Below, in pieces: positions 26,999-37,669 of a DNA stretch of 64,000 bases; the first letter of the stretch is position 1; every line of letters begins with the position of its first letter. The notes below the pieces were generated by a model that saw only the letters and a program-made list of their open reading frames with translations, was not told where the DNA came from and did not search any database. The stretch comes from Lophium mytilinum. Its lineage: Eukaryota. The position numbers and the translations under genes are program-made. Location of the stretch: assembly GCA_010093605.1 (NCBI GenBank), contig MU004200.1:124001-188000 (forward strand), written 5' to 3'.

Positions 26999-28156
26999 GG
27001 CCATATCGCTCTCATTGATTTGAGCCCGGTATAATTCACATGCGCTGATGCCCGATCTCGCAGCTACAAGGGTAGCATAAGCCGAAGCAGCGAATGAATT
27101 GCTCCAATCTTCGTTAGATCATAGCGCTCTATAGGCCAGCAGGTCCAGATCAGCAAGCAACAAAACAAAGTGTCCCTACAACCAGGACCTTCAACCGAGG
27201 CTCCACTCATTCCATCAATGGGGGGTGAATGGTGTCAAAGATACCCGTCAACAAATTTTTTCATCGTCAAGCATCACTCCCTTCATATTTGAGTCACGAG
27301 ACAAAAATGGATGTGCGGTAGGATCAATACAATCACATCAACCCCTTTCTTCGGTCTCTATCGAGTCCCCCCGCTCTACAAGCTTACTACTTGGGGAATT
27401 ACTCCATGTCCGAAGCATGCGTTCGGCTCTAAAAACGCAAGGAAGCATGTCACGAGAGCTGCAGTGCTGCAATGACTTGCACGTCGTAGGAGATGTGGAG
27501 GAGTGTTTGCCTGTTCCTTGGGTCCTGCGATATTGGTCTCCACAGGAACCCCTGCTTCGTCGGCAATTGTTGTTGGTGTCGCAAGGGTAGGCATCGAGAA
27601 AGCGTTACGGCGGAGGCGATCAGCAACAAAGCTTTTCGGCAAGAACCAGGCTCAGTCCCACTTTACCTTGCTCACTCGGCAAACCCAAATTCACATGTTG
27701 ACACCAGGCCAGATATCGCTCTGGAAGTATACCCAGCTTCTCGCTTCATGATATGACGTTTGCTCCAGTTCCCCGGATACCACGGCCCTAGCAATCTACC
27801 TTAATCGGTCACTCCGGGGAATTACCCCAAAGCTTATGGGGACATGCCAATCCTTTGGATCACGAACTACTCGGCTCAATTATTCGCGCGGGTAGAGTAG
27901 CGACCATCACCTCCGGCCGCCGGACGCTACAAGGGTAATGGAAAACGCAGTAACAACACTTCGCATTGTCGATTATAGCCCTCTCTGGGATAGACATTCC
28001 CGGGGTAACTGGCTTCTCCGCATTTGCAAAGACGGAAGTAATGCGAATATAAAATATCAGAACGTTCCCAGCTTGGCCACCATCGCACACTTCTGACTAC
28101 TCTACCATCCGTCTCAACTTGCAGCTGAAAGAGTTCTACACCGCAAAGTTTTCATC

Positions 28157-28731
28157 ATGAAGTTCCTCCAAAGCATCTCCCTCCTATTCGCGACCATGAC
28201 CATGGCAGTTCTGTCATCGCCGGCGCCAGGAGCGAATCCCGCCGCGATAGCAACACCCGAAATCGCAGACGCCGCAATGATGGAAGCTCTGAACGCTCGC
28301 GCAATCGACGTGAGCGAAATCACCGGCCTAGTCAAAAACCTATCGTCCACGCTGTCGACCATCGGCGCAATTCTCACCCAAGATACCCTCACGGAAGTCA
28401 AATCTATCATCGACCACGCCAACGACCTCCTCGACGATACAACCACCAAGGACCTCAAGGGCCTCGTTCAGAAAGGCGCGAGCCTACTGAACTCGGACCT
28501 GTTGTCTAAGGTCGGCAGCCTGCTCACTCCGGCCTTGCTCACGAACGTCACCGATATCCTTGGTGGTGCGCACGATTTACTCACGGCTGAGTTCGTTTCG
28601 AACACCAAGACGCTGATTAACGATGCGACACCAGTATGTCTTTTCCCCTCAGTCCTCGTTATACCGGGCTTACTAACAGCGAGCAGTTGATCGTGGCAGT
28701 ATCAGAGCTCTTCAAAGCCCTTCTAGGGTAG
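28157..28731 (+). CDS. Small secreted Cys-free Leu/Thr-rich helical-repeat protein (173 aa)
   Basis: Signal peptide MKFLQSISLLFATMTMAVLS; intron 28634-28686; last exon LIVAVSELFKALLG*; TATA-like AATATAAAA at ~28046. Confidence 0.85.
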
Positions 28732-30142
28732 GGCTTCCATGCGCACGCACGATTAACGACAGGGCACGAGGCAAAATGGGATGCGGGGGGTTTGGTCCAG
28801 CTTCCCACGCAGCCCATGGGGGGAGGTTACAAGGTGCATCCTGAACGGACGGACTGTCATGCATTACTCGGTACCTGGGCCGGACAGGCCCTTGCTACCT
28901 CATACGCTACTTTAGTAAATTATATGAGCATTATTAGCTGCACGAATCCTCATTTTGACGTCCTGATACCATTCCTCAATTGCGCCGTGAATCTCGTATG
29001 ATCCGCTGTGCCAAAACACCTCTTAAGAAAAGGGTTTGGTCCCAGCTATTTCTTCGCTACTCTCCATCTCATCAAGCAAAGGGTTACGCATCACGTGAGC
29101 CTGAAGTCAAAACAACCTTTCCCCTCCGCACGCGCCCTTCCCGATCCCACCCTGCAGATGCCATCCCCGGACTATCATGCAGGGCCCCCGTGCAAGCCCT
29201 CCACGAATCAAAGCCGCGGACCCCGACCTTACCTCGGCCAAAGCGGGCACGCAAGGGACGGCCAGGACCGCGGGATGATCTCTTGCCTTGCTCCGTCTGG
29301 CCCCGGAGGCCGGGCGCTGAACAGGGGCTAGTGGCCGTTTTGAGTCGGAGGGCCAGAAAATGTCACTCGGGGGGTGCGATTTCGGGGTTGCTGGATTCGG
29401 GGTGTTGGGCTCGGGGGTGGCCAATCAGAGTCTTGGTTAGCACACGCGAGACAGGGGGCGTCATGCGAGGCATGGATACAGCGAGGTGGCAGCGGTGCGC
29501 TCTTCTTTTACCCCGGAAAAGACTAAGGAATGGCAGTGAGAGGACTAGGCTTTGATGACCCATTCCTTTGCTTTCCCAGCACCCAGTTTCGTCGTGAGTG
29601 GTCCGGATCGACCAAACTAGGGTTGCTTTGGGAGAGTGACAGTTGTTGCTGGACCCCACTGTGCCACGTTCGGGCTTGTACCAAGGTATCTATCCTGGCT
29701 GGCCAACTGGAGTATTTCGTTCATGTGAAGAGCCGGGGGGATTAAGCGAGGGCGAGGCGATATTCTACCGCGGCTGGAGTGCTTCACGAGATGCTGCGAT
29801 GAGCGGATGACTTGGACGTCGCCGAGTTAGTCCGGCACAGCAAGACGATAACGATGATCGCAATGCTGAAGGGGTATCTTTGATTGACTAGCTATACTCT
29901 GGAGGAAGGGGATGGTGATGATCCGGGGCCGAAGGAGGGGGGAGAAGACTGGGGGAGGGTGTGGGGTAGAGAAGATGGGGTTTGTGGGGTAAGAGTTCGA
30001 CCGCTTCGTTGTTTTCTCTTGAGAGGAGTGCTTTGTCGGTGGGTTTCTGTCTTCTGGCTTCTTTTAGCAATCGTCTCCTTACATCGTGAGGTATCCTCTA
30101 GTTTGAAAAGATTCTGCCTCATTTGAATTTCCCTTCGCCGCC

Positions 30143-31751
30143 ATGGAGAAGTCTCACAACGGTACATTCTTCGATGCTGAAGACTCTAATCGCGTCACCC
30201 TTGTTAACGATGCTTCCAATGGAGACTCTCTCGTTAAAGAGTCGAGCGGCTCGAAGCTGTCGACTAAAGCCAGCGAACTGAGCTACAGCGAGAAAGGCTC
30301 CAAAGGAAAAGAATTCGAAGAGCCCAAAGAGGAGAACGGTATCGATGAGAAGCCTCCTCCAGAATACCCCACAGATGAGCCAAAGGAAGAGACGGTTACG
30401 CATATTGAGCGCACCGAGACCAATGAAGAAGAGCTACCTCTCAAGCCTTTGCGGCGACGTAGGCGGGCCTACAATCACCTAAAGCGGCGTTGGTACTTCT
30501 ACGCCGCCGGTATAATCATCTTTCTCGCAATATTCTTGCCGATTCTGTAAGCCTCTTGAGCTCTTTTCTGGACTGGACACAACCGTTTCGTTCACAGATC
30601 CAGACTACTGACCACAACCAGATTCCTCGTCATAATACCTGCACTCGCCCAACGCATTATCAATGTGGCCGCGCTCCCAATTCACTGGGTGCATATCCTC
30701 GACCCCAAGGCCGACTCCGTCGGACTCTCCTTTCAAGCAGGACTCAAAGTCCCCATCGGCCTGACTGTGACGTTGAATCCGTTCACGATGTCCTTGTACG
30801 ACAAAAACGATGACGGGAAGAGTGTTACATACATCAATGCCAATCTACCCGACTATAAGCTGCATGGCAACGCCAACCTCACAGTTCCGTATCAGGTTAA
30901 CAAGATTCTGGATAAGCCCATGTTCTCTAGCTTCATGAGCGATGCCGTCAACAACGCCGAATTTACACTGAAAGCGAAGAGCTTGGGGAAAGCAACTGCG
31001 AACTTTGGAAAGCTAAAAGCGAAAGTGAATATAAAGAAAGATATTACTTTAAAGGGTTAGTTAAGTTCTAAACCCTTCGGTCCTTTTCTCCGCACTCTAA
31101 CAACCTTATACAGGCATCGAGAGGTTCAAAGGCCTAGGCATTACCAGCGGCCAACTGCTCCTGCCCCCAGAAGACGACGGCGTCAACTTTATCGGCAACC
31201 TATCCATTCCAAATCAGTCTATCCTGACCGCAGACATGGGTAACGTCACTCTCAACGCTCTTTCCGGTGACATAGTCATCGGCAATGTGACAATGTACTC
31301 CGTCTACCTCTCCCCTGGCGCGAACACCATCAAGTTCCGCGGTGTCCTCGATTTCACGAAGATCCTTGAGAACCTCAAAGCTGTCTACGCTGTTCAAGCC
31401 CCATACCTGCAAAAAGGGCAAGTCCTCTTGGGCGTCACCGGGACCGCGACCATGTACAACGGCGTGCATATAACCTATATCGAGGAAGTCATGAACGCGC
31501 TCCGACTCGACGTCCCCACCGCACTGAAGCCGATCGTACAGCAATCGCTGCAGGGATTCAAGACTAACATATGGGGCGTGGGGATGTACATCTTCAATAA
31601 CTTCGAGAGCTGGATTAAGACGTTGGACCTGAGTGGGGTAGACTTGAGCGCGCTGAAGGGCAATGGAACTAATTTGAATATTACGCAGATTGTGGAGAAC
31701 TTGAAAGGTTTGAACATTACACAGATTCTTGGGAACTTGGGGGATTTGTAG
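30143..31751 (+). CDS. Type II membrane protein, DUF3712-like
   Basis: Charged N-terminus, HLKRRWYFYAAGIIIFLAIFLPIL|FLVIIPALAQRIIN TM anchor, then a beta-rich lumenal domain (PNQSILTADMGNVT..LSPGANT). Two introns. Confidence 0.8.
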
Positions 31752-32354
31752 ACAGAGCGTCATAATTGAGAGTTTAATGAGAAACGAGAAGATAACATTG
31801 CTGAAGTAGGTGTACGTAAATATGAAATTGCTAAAGTCGAAGTGAGTCGTTCTGAAACGGGTGATCGGAGCTTCATTACAGTGAGAGAACGGGTCTTGGA
31901 GGATGTTACTGTAGGAATTTGCCAGTTTGATGACTTGACGTCTCCCCGTGGCCGCAAAGCCGTCCGCATCTCCGAGATATTCCGAGGACATGGCTGGTAC
32001 GTCGATAATGGGGTGAAGAAGGGAGTTCAACACATGTGGATGTTGCCAGTAGTTCCGTCATTGCAATTCATAGCATTAAAGTGTGTTTTGGAGATAGTAA
32101 GGAAGGATGCGAAGTTGGGGAATGATGTCAAAAAGCTTGGCATCGGCATCGAAGACGGGCCGCAGCCCCTTTTGTTCCTAAATTGTCACGTCTAACTTCA
32201 ACATCGTGATAGCTTGTTTATCTGGAGGTGCAATCTCGAAAGTTGACTATGGATAGCTATATAGCCATCATTCATCGGCTGCAGCAAATGATCCTCGTCA
32301 ATCTATCAAACGCGCTCATCTCCTCAGGTTTGACTAGTATGATTTCCCTCCTCC

Positions 32355-33230
32355 TCAAAGAACTGAAACTGCTTTGCCCTCCGATCCAAGCAGGACAATG
32401 CACTCCTCTACCGCCTTCTGCATCTCTTTTGTCGCCTCCTCTATCAACGCGGTAAAAGGAATCTTCCCCGACTTCTCCGCCCACACCTTTTGGCAAGGCG
32501 CATTCAACACCTTGTTAATGTTCACCTTACTAACCCCATGCTGAATACACTTCCCGAATATCTCCTTCGTAAATGGATCCGACCCATGTAGTACAAGCTC
32601 AACCTTGTTTCCAACCTTCTTGTCAATACTATCCAGCCGCTCGTACTCCAGCTGCACACCACGGGGCCCGTAATTCCCATGCACATTCCCAAATGCCGGT
32701 GCTAACCAATCAATCCCACAGTCTACGAACTCCTGCGCTTCCTCCGGCGTCGTGAGCAAGCCCTCCAGATCCGCGGTGTCGCTCACGCCATCCTCCCCGC
32801 CCTCAATCCGGCCTGGCTCCGCTTCAACAGCTATCCCCCGCTCGTGGCAGTATTTCGTTAACTCTGTCGTTAATCGTAAGTTCTCTTCCTTCTCGTAGTG
32901 CGACATATCCACCATTATGCTGTCGAAGCCACCCATGTCTGCCGCCTGCCGTACGATCTCGGGCGTTTGCGCGTGGTCAAGGTGGACGGAAACTGGGACC
33001 GAAGAGCCTCGGGCGGCTTCGGCGGCGAGGTGGACGAGGAGCCCGCCTGCGTATTGGATTGCCCATGGGAAGAGCAAGATCATGGCAGGTGAGGACTTGG
33101 CTTCTGCAGCGCGGACGGTGGCGAGGATGCCTTCGGTGTTGTAGCAGCACATGGAGGGCACGCCGTATTTGTTCTTACGGGCGTGCACGAGAATAGGAAG
33201 GGCCCGGTTCTCCTTCATCGTGGAAGCCAT
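32355..33230 (-). CDS. Class II (Zn) fructose/tagatose-bisphosphate aldolase family protein
   Basis: VSVHLDHA, FDSIMVDMSH, VEAEPGRIEGGEDG, LAPAFGNVHGNY, LVLHG, KVNIN. Intronless; start MASTMKENR at 33230. Confidence 0.93.
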   Translation of the reverse strand: MASTMKENRALPILVHARKNKYGVPSMCCYNTEGILATVRAAEAKSSPAMILLFPWAIQYAGGLLVHLAAEAARGSSVPVSVHLDHAQTPEIVRQAADMGGFDSIMVDMSHYEKEENLRLTTELTKYCHERGIAVEAEPGRIEGGEDGVSDTADLEGLLTTPEEAQEFVDCGIDWLAPAFGNVHGNYGPRGVQLEYERLDSIDKKVGNKVELVLHGSDPFTKEIFGKCIQHGVSKVNINKVLNAPCQKVWAEKSGKIPFTALIEEATKEMQKAVEECIVLLGSEGKAVSVL

Positions 33231-33857
33231 TGTGGTATTCTTTGAGGCTGGAGTGGAGGTTTTAGGTTGGGTGTTGTGGAATCGTGGATGCGAATGTAGT
33301 ATGGAGTGAAGATGGGTGAGTAAAGGCCTCAATTGACTGGAGCAGCTCGTACCGGCTTTCCTTCCGACACTCGGCTTTCTGTTCAAATGCCGGCACACTT
33401 GCCCCGATATTTTCTTCGGGCGATCTTGCAGCGACGCATTTTCTACGCCGTCGAACATGACGTTGCGGCGCTGCTGCGGGGTATGGCGGGGCAAACATGG
33501 TATGATATCTACTCGAATTTCTTATAGGCTCTCTATTTATCCGGCTCTTTGCATTATTTTACCGGAAACAATCATTAGTCCAGTAGGTGTAAGCTCTCTC
33601 AAAAGTAAAACTCTAACTGTGGGTCTAGCGGAATACCACATTAGGTCATCAGCGGAGCGTGAAGCTTCAGTACTCTCGTATTTAGGGCTCCACTAAAGTT
33701 CGATTTCAGATTCCGGAAGATTAGCTATTCCTTCAATTGACTTTTAGTCTGCTTGTCAATCTCTTCTTTGCAATTCCCAGCTGTCCATTTCCATCTCTCA
33801 TCAACCTCTTACACTTAACCCATCAAACCTCGCTTACAACACTTCTTCATCACCAAC

Positions 33858-35274
33858 ATGCCAAGCAAAGCCCCCATCGGCTTCTGCGGCCTCGGCGCCA
33901 TGGGAATGGGAATGGCCACCCATCTTGTCAAAACCGGCCATCAAGTCAAAGGCTTCGACCTCTACCGGCCCTCTCTGCAGCGCTTCGAAGCCGCGGGCGG
34001 TACCCCATCGCCATCCCTCCTAAACTCTGCAGTCGATATGCCCTTCTACATCGTCATGGTTGCGACCGCCGTGCAAGCTCAGAGCGCCCTGTTCGGTACC
34101 GCTGAAGGTGGGGACGAAGGTATCGTGCACAAGCTACCGCAAAACGCAGTACTGCTCCTTTGCTCAACCGTCCCCGCGTCATACGCAGTGAGCGTAGAGC
34201 GGGAACTGAAAGAAATCGGGAGGGGCGACATCTTCTTCATCGACAGCCCGGTGTCTGGGGGCGCGTTCCGGGCTGCGGATGGGACGCTGTCTATCATGGC
34301 GGGTGGGGCAACTGCAGCGCTGGAGAAGGGGATGTGGCTATTAGAGGCGATGAGTGCACCTAAGAAATTGTTCGTCGTTGAGGGGGGAATTGGGGCGGGC
34401 AGTAATATGAAGATGGCACATCAGGTCCTTGCTGCGATTCAGATACTCGTGACGGGCGAGGCGTATGGGTTCGCGGCGCGGTTAGGACTAGATGCGGAGA
34501 GTGTCAGAAAAGAGATCGTGGAGGGTGAGGCATGGAGCTGGATGGTCGAGGATCGAGGGAGGAGGGTTATTGCGGGCTTAGATGCATGGAGGCCTGGTGT
34601 TAGTGCGCTGACGATTATATTGAAAGATACCGTAAGCTCCAGTGTGTTCTTTTCGTCAAATCAGATCGATGTGGATTAATGCTGGCTGAACTAACATCTT
34701 AAAGAGCATCATCACATCTTCAGCGCGTCTCTGCAACTTCCCCGTACCAATGGCATCCGCTGCTGAGCAGGTCTATTTCTCCGGTCTCTCGCAGGGCTTC
34801 GGCTCCGAAGATGATGCGGGAATGGTCCGACTTTACTACCCTGGCCCAGTCGCTGACGTCAAATGCACTGTCGACAAAGAAGCAAAGGCTGCCAAACTGA
34901 AGCTTGTCGTAAACATGCTCATCGGCATCTACGTTTGCGCCACGGCAGAGTCAATTGCGTTTGCCCAGCGAGTCAACCTGCCGTTAGACCAGCTACACGA
35001 GCTTGCTGTTGATGCAGCGGGCGGAAGTCACGTGTTTCGAGAGGTTGGCGCACAAATGATCAAAGGATTGAAAGGGGATGCTTCGGCGTGGTCAGGACTT
35101 GGAAAACGGTTGGAAGATGTAACGCAGGGCTTGTCGGAAGCTGCCAGTGAGGCACAGAACTTGAAATGCCCTGCATTTCTAACGAACACTGCGCTCAGTA
35201 TGTTGATGCTGGCTAAAAGAACTGCGGACAAGGATGCGTCAGCGGCAACCGCAGTAAAAGTGTGGAAATCGTAA
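33858..35274 (+). CDS. Beta-hydroxyacid dehydrogenase (3-hydroxyisobutyrate/L-threonate dehydrogenase-like) with a duplicated C-terminal helical domain
   Basis: IGFCGLGAMGMGMA, DSPVSGG, GAGSNMKMAHQ. Intron 34632-~34704. A second 'KLKLVVNMLIGIY..AESIAFA..DAAGGS' helical domain follows. Confidence 0.9.
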
Positions 35275-35846
35275 TGTCAAATTAGGAAAGCCAAGTCATC
35301 AATCGACTGCGCCGTCTTGCTCTCTCCCCTTCTCACTCCGCTTGTAATATTTCCTCAATTCTGTTGCTCATGTTACTGGCATTTCTTCGACCCTCCAAGT
35401 GAACTATTGGGGGCAATTTTCTGCACCCTATATGTTTTGTCGTTTTTCGTCAATTAATTCTGTTCGAGAGGATTGCTACATTCCCGGATACCTCACCCTA
35501 AATAAACAAGGGCACCTCACGGGGCCATCCCCCTCCCCGTTTCCCTCGTGTGAGCTTCTCCATAGGTCCTATCGCTATAAGGAACTTCAGAAGCCTACGT
35601 GAGTCCTCCTTTAATATCGCTCAGTCTCATAGTAATGCTCATATGGCTTTAAGGATCTTCCATTGATGATTGTGCAATCTGAAGGCACTTCGAAAGGCTC
35701 CCCGCCCTCCTAATCTACTGATAATCACTCTATGATATCACTAGCCCTTTAGGCACCCCCTAGACTGATCAACCCAAAGATCCCCCACCAAAGTTGGCCC
35801 ATCCAACCATCCGGCCTGCCAATCAAGCCAGCATTCCTAAGCACCC

Positions 35847-36725
35847 CTACTCCGCTCCCATCAGGCTCAGATACGCCTCGATATACGCATCCACCCCCCG
35901 CATATCCTCCTCATCAGCCATCAGCACATTCGTCACCCTCCGCTCCTGATCCCCATCCCTCACCACCGGCTCCGCGACTCCACCCCCATACCACGGCACC
36001 AGCTGATCCCCAAGGCCATCCCTCTTACTAAACGTATAGAACTCGAACTGCGTACCTACAACCAGCACGACCAACGCATGCGCCACCTCCTCACCCCCCA
36101 CCACCACCTTCTGAATGCGCGTCCCACCCAACTTCGTCGCCGGCGTGGGCAGCAGCCGCATCGGCAGCCCGCCCCAGCGCTCCAGATGGTGCCAGAACGC
36201 TCTGTCCTCCTTGGTCGCGAGGGCCTTAGTCGCGTCGTCGGTGCGGTCGGCGATGGTGTTGAAGATGATGTGCGTGAGCGAGCCGTCGTCGAGCTGTAGC
36301 GACGCCGCACACCAGGACTTGGTGGTGCGGTGCAGGCGGGCCGTCGCGGAGAGGCTGCCGGTCGTGTCGATGTGCAGGGCCCAGCCGACGCGGGAGGGGC
36401 AGTAGTGGGCGAGCAGGGCCGCTGAGAGGTTGGTGGCGGACTCGCGGCGCTGCGCGATGGCTGGGGCGCCCTTCGGAGGGGAGGTGTAGTAGTTGGCTCC
36501 GAAGTGGAGGAACTCTCGCGAGAGGGCTTCAGGCCATTTTGCGGGGGCGTAGGTGGAGAGAGGGTTTTCGGGGAATGGGGGTGAGAGCTTGTCGTCGAAT
36601 CTCCTGGGGTTGGAGGTCGTTGTCAGTGCTGTCGGGGCTGGCTGTGTATGGGTGGACACGTTGACGGTGAGGTGTCTTGAGGTGGTTGTATCGGGGACGT
36701 TTGAAGAGATCGGAGATACCTACAT
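35847..36725 (-). pseudogene. Hypothetical gene with a nonsense codon right after the ATG; possible degenerate PD-(D/E)XK-like fold
   Basis: ATG (36725-36723) then TAG (36722-36720), followed by ~290 open codons with strong GC3 bias. Segments 'LLAHYCPSRVGW' and 'LVVLVVGTQFEFYTF'. Confidence 0.55.
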
Positions 36726-37071
36726 GATCACGGCGCTGGTACGTGGCTACAACGCTGTCTAAGCAACGCTCAATGGTATTGACAGAAACCAAATCCACGT
36801 GTGCGTAGAAAAGAGTGCACCAAAACGGAGAGGGGTTGTGGGTGGGTGTGTCGGGTTGAGGATGACGGGGAGAAAACCTTACCTATTGTTCTGTTGGCCA
36901 CGTTATTTCAATTGTGCTAGGTCGATGACGAAGAATCTACGTCTTGGGTGCCTTTATTTCACCATCAGTCATCGGCGTGCACCTTATAAGCGTGGGTGAA
37001 TTCCGCCTTTGCTTCCATCTGAAGCTTCGCCGCAGACTTCTCCTTTTCATCCCAACTCTCGAAACGTCGAA

Positions 37072-37571
37072 ATGTCGCACCGTCGCTCTCGTCCTACAAA
37101 GCCTGCACCAACGAGCACCATTGGCAATCAAAAGAAACCGCTGGTAAGGATGTTGCTGTTTGCTGTCGTTGCGTAGTCGTCTAGCGGCTCGTGATCGCTC
37201 GCTTGTTTCCATCTCCTTTCCCCCATCAATCTTCCAAAGGGCATTTGCTAACCGCAAGAACTCATCAGAATCCTAGAGCTTTGCCTTTTATCCCTCGCAC
37301 TACGGAACAGAATGCGGGTCCACAATCGCAGGTGCCACCTCTCATCGACCGCGATATTGAAAAGACGGAAAACATTGAAGATCTCGGTCTACCACGCCAA
37401 GAAGAGCGCGATGTAGACAAAAGCGCAGATGACACCCTTCCAGAGGGCTGGCACCTAGTGTACGAGCGAAGACCTGGGGGATCTGTTGTTCTAGTTGCGA
37501 GAATGGCGAAGGGGGCAAATGAGGTAGAGAATGGGAAGCCGGAGAAGATTGATACGAACAATAAGAAATAG
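37072..37571 (+). CDS. Small protein (124 aa) with a PAM2-like motif
   Basis: Exon 1 37072-37143 (MSHRRSRPTK...KKPL), intron 37144-37268 (GTAAGG..GCTAAC..CAG), in-frame exon 2 NPRALPFIP...KK*. Confidence 0.65.
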
Positions 37572-37669
37572 CCTTACTATTGGACGTCTTAGGTCCTTAT
37601 ATTGCAGAATGCTATCTTTCAGATAATCCTTCATAGTCCTAGGCTCTAGACTACCTGCCGTGAAGGTCT

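Noticed and set aside
28980..30126. Overlapping ORFs in the 29-30 kb intergenic region
   Set aside because: No codon bias or motifs; consistent with promoter/UTR sequence of the DUF3712-like gene.
31200..32033. 277-aa minus-strand ORF
   Set aside because: Mostly antisense to the DUF3712-like last exon; non-ATG start and no motifs.
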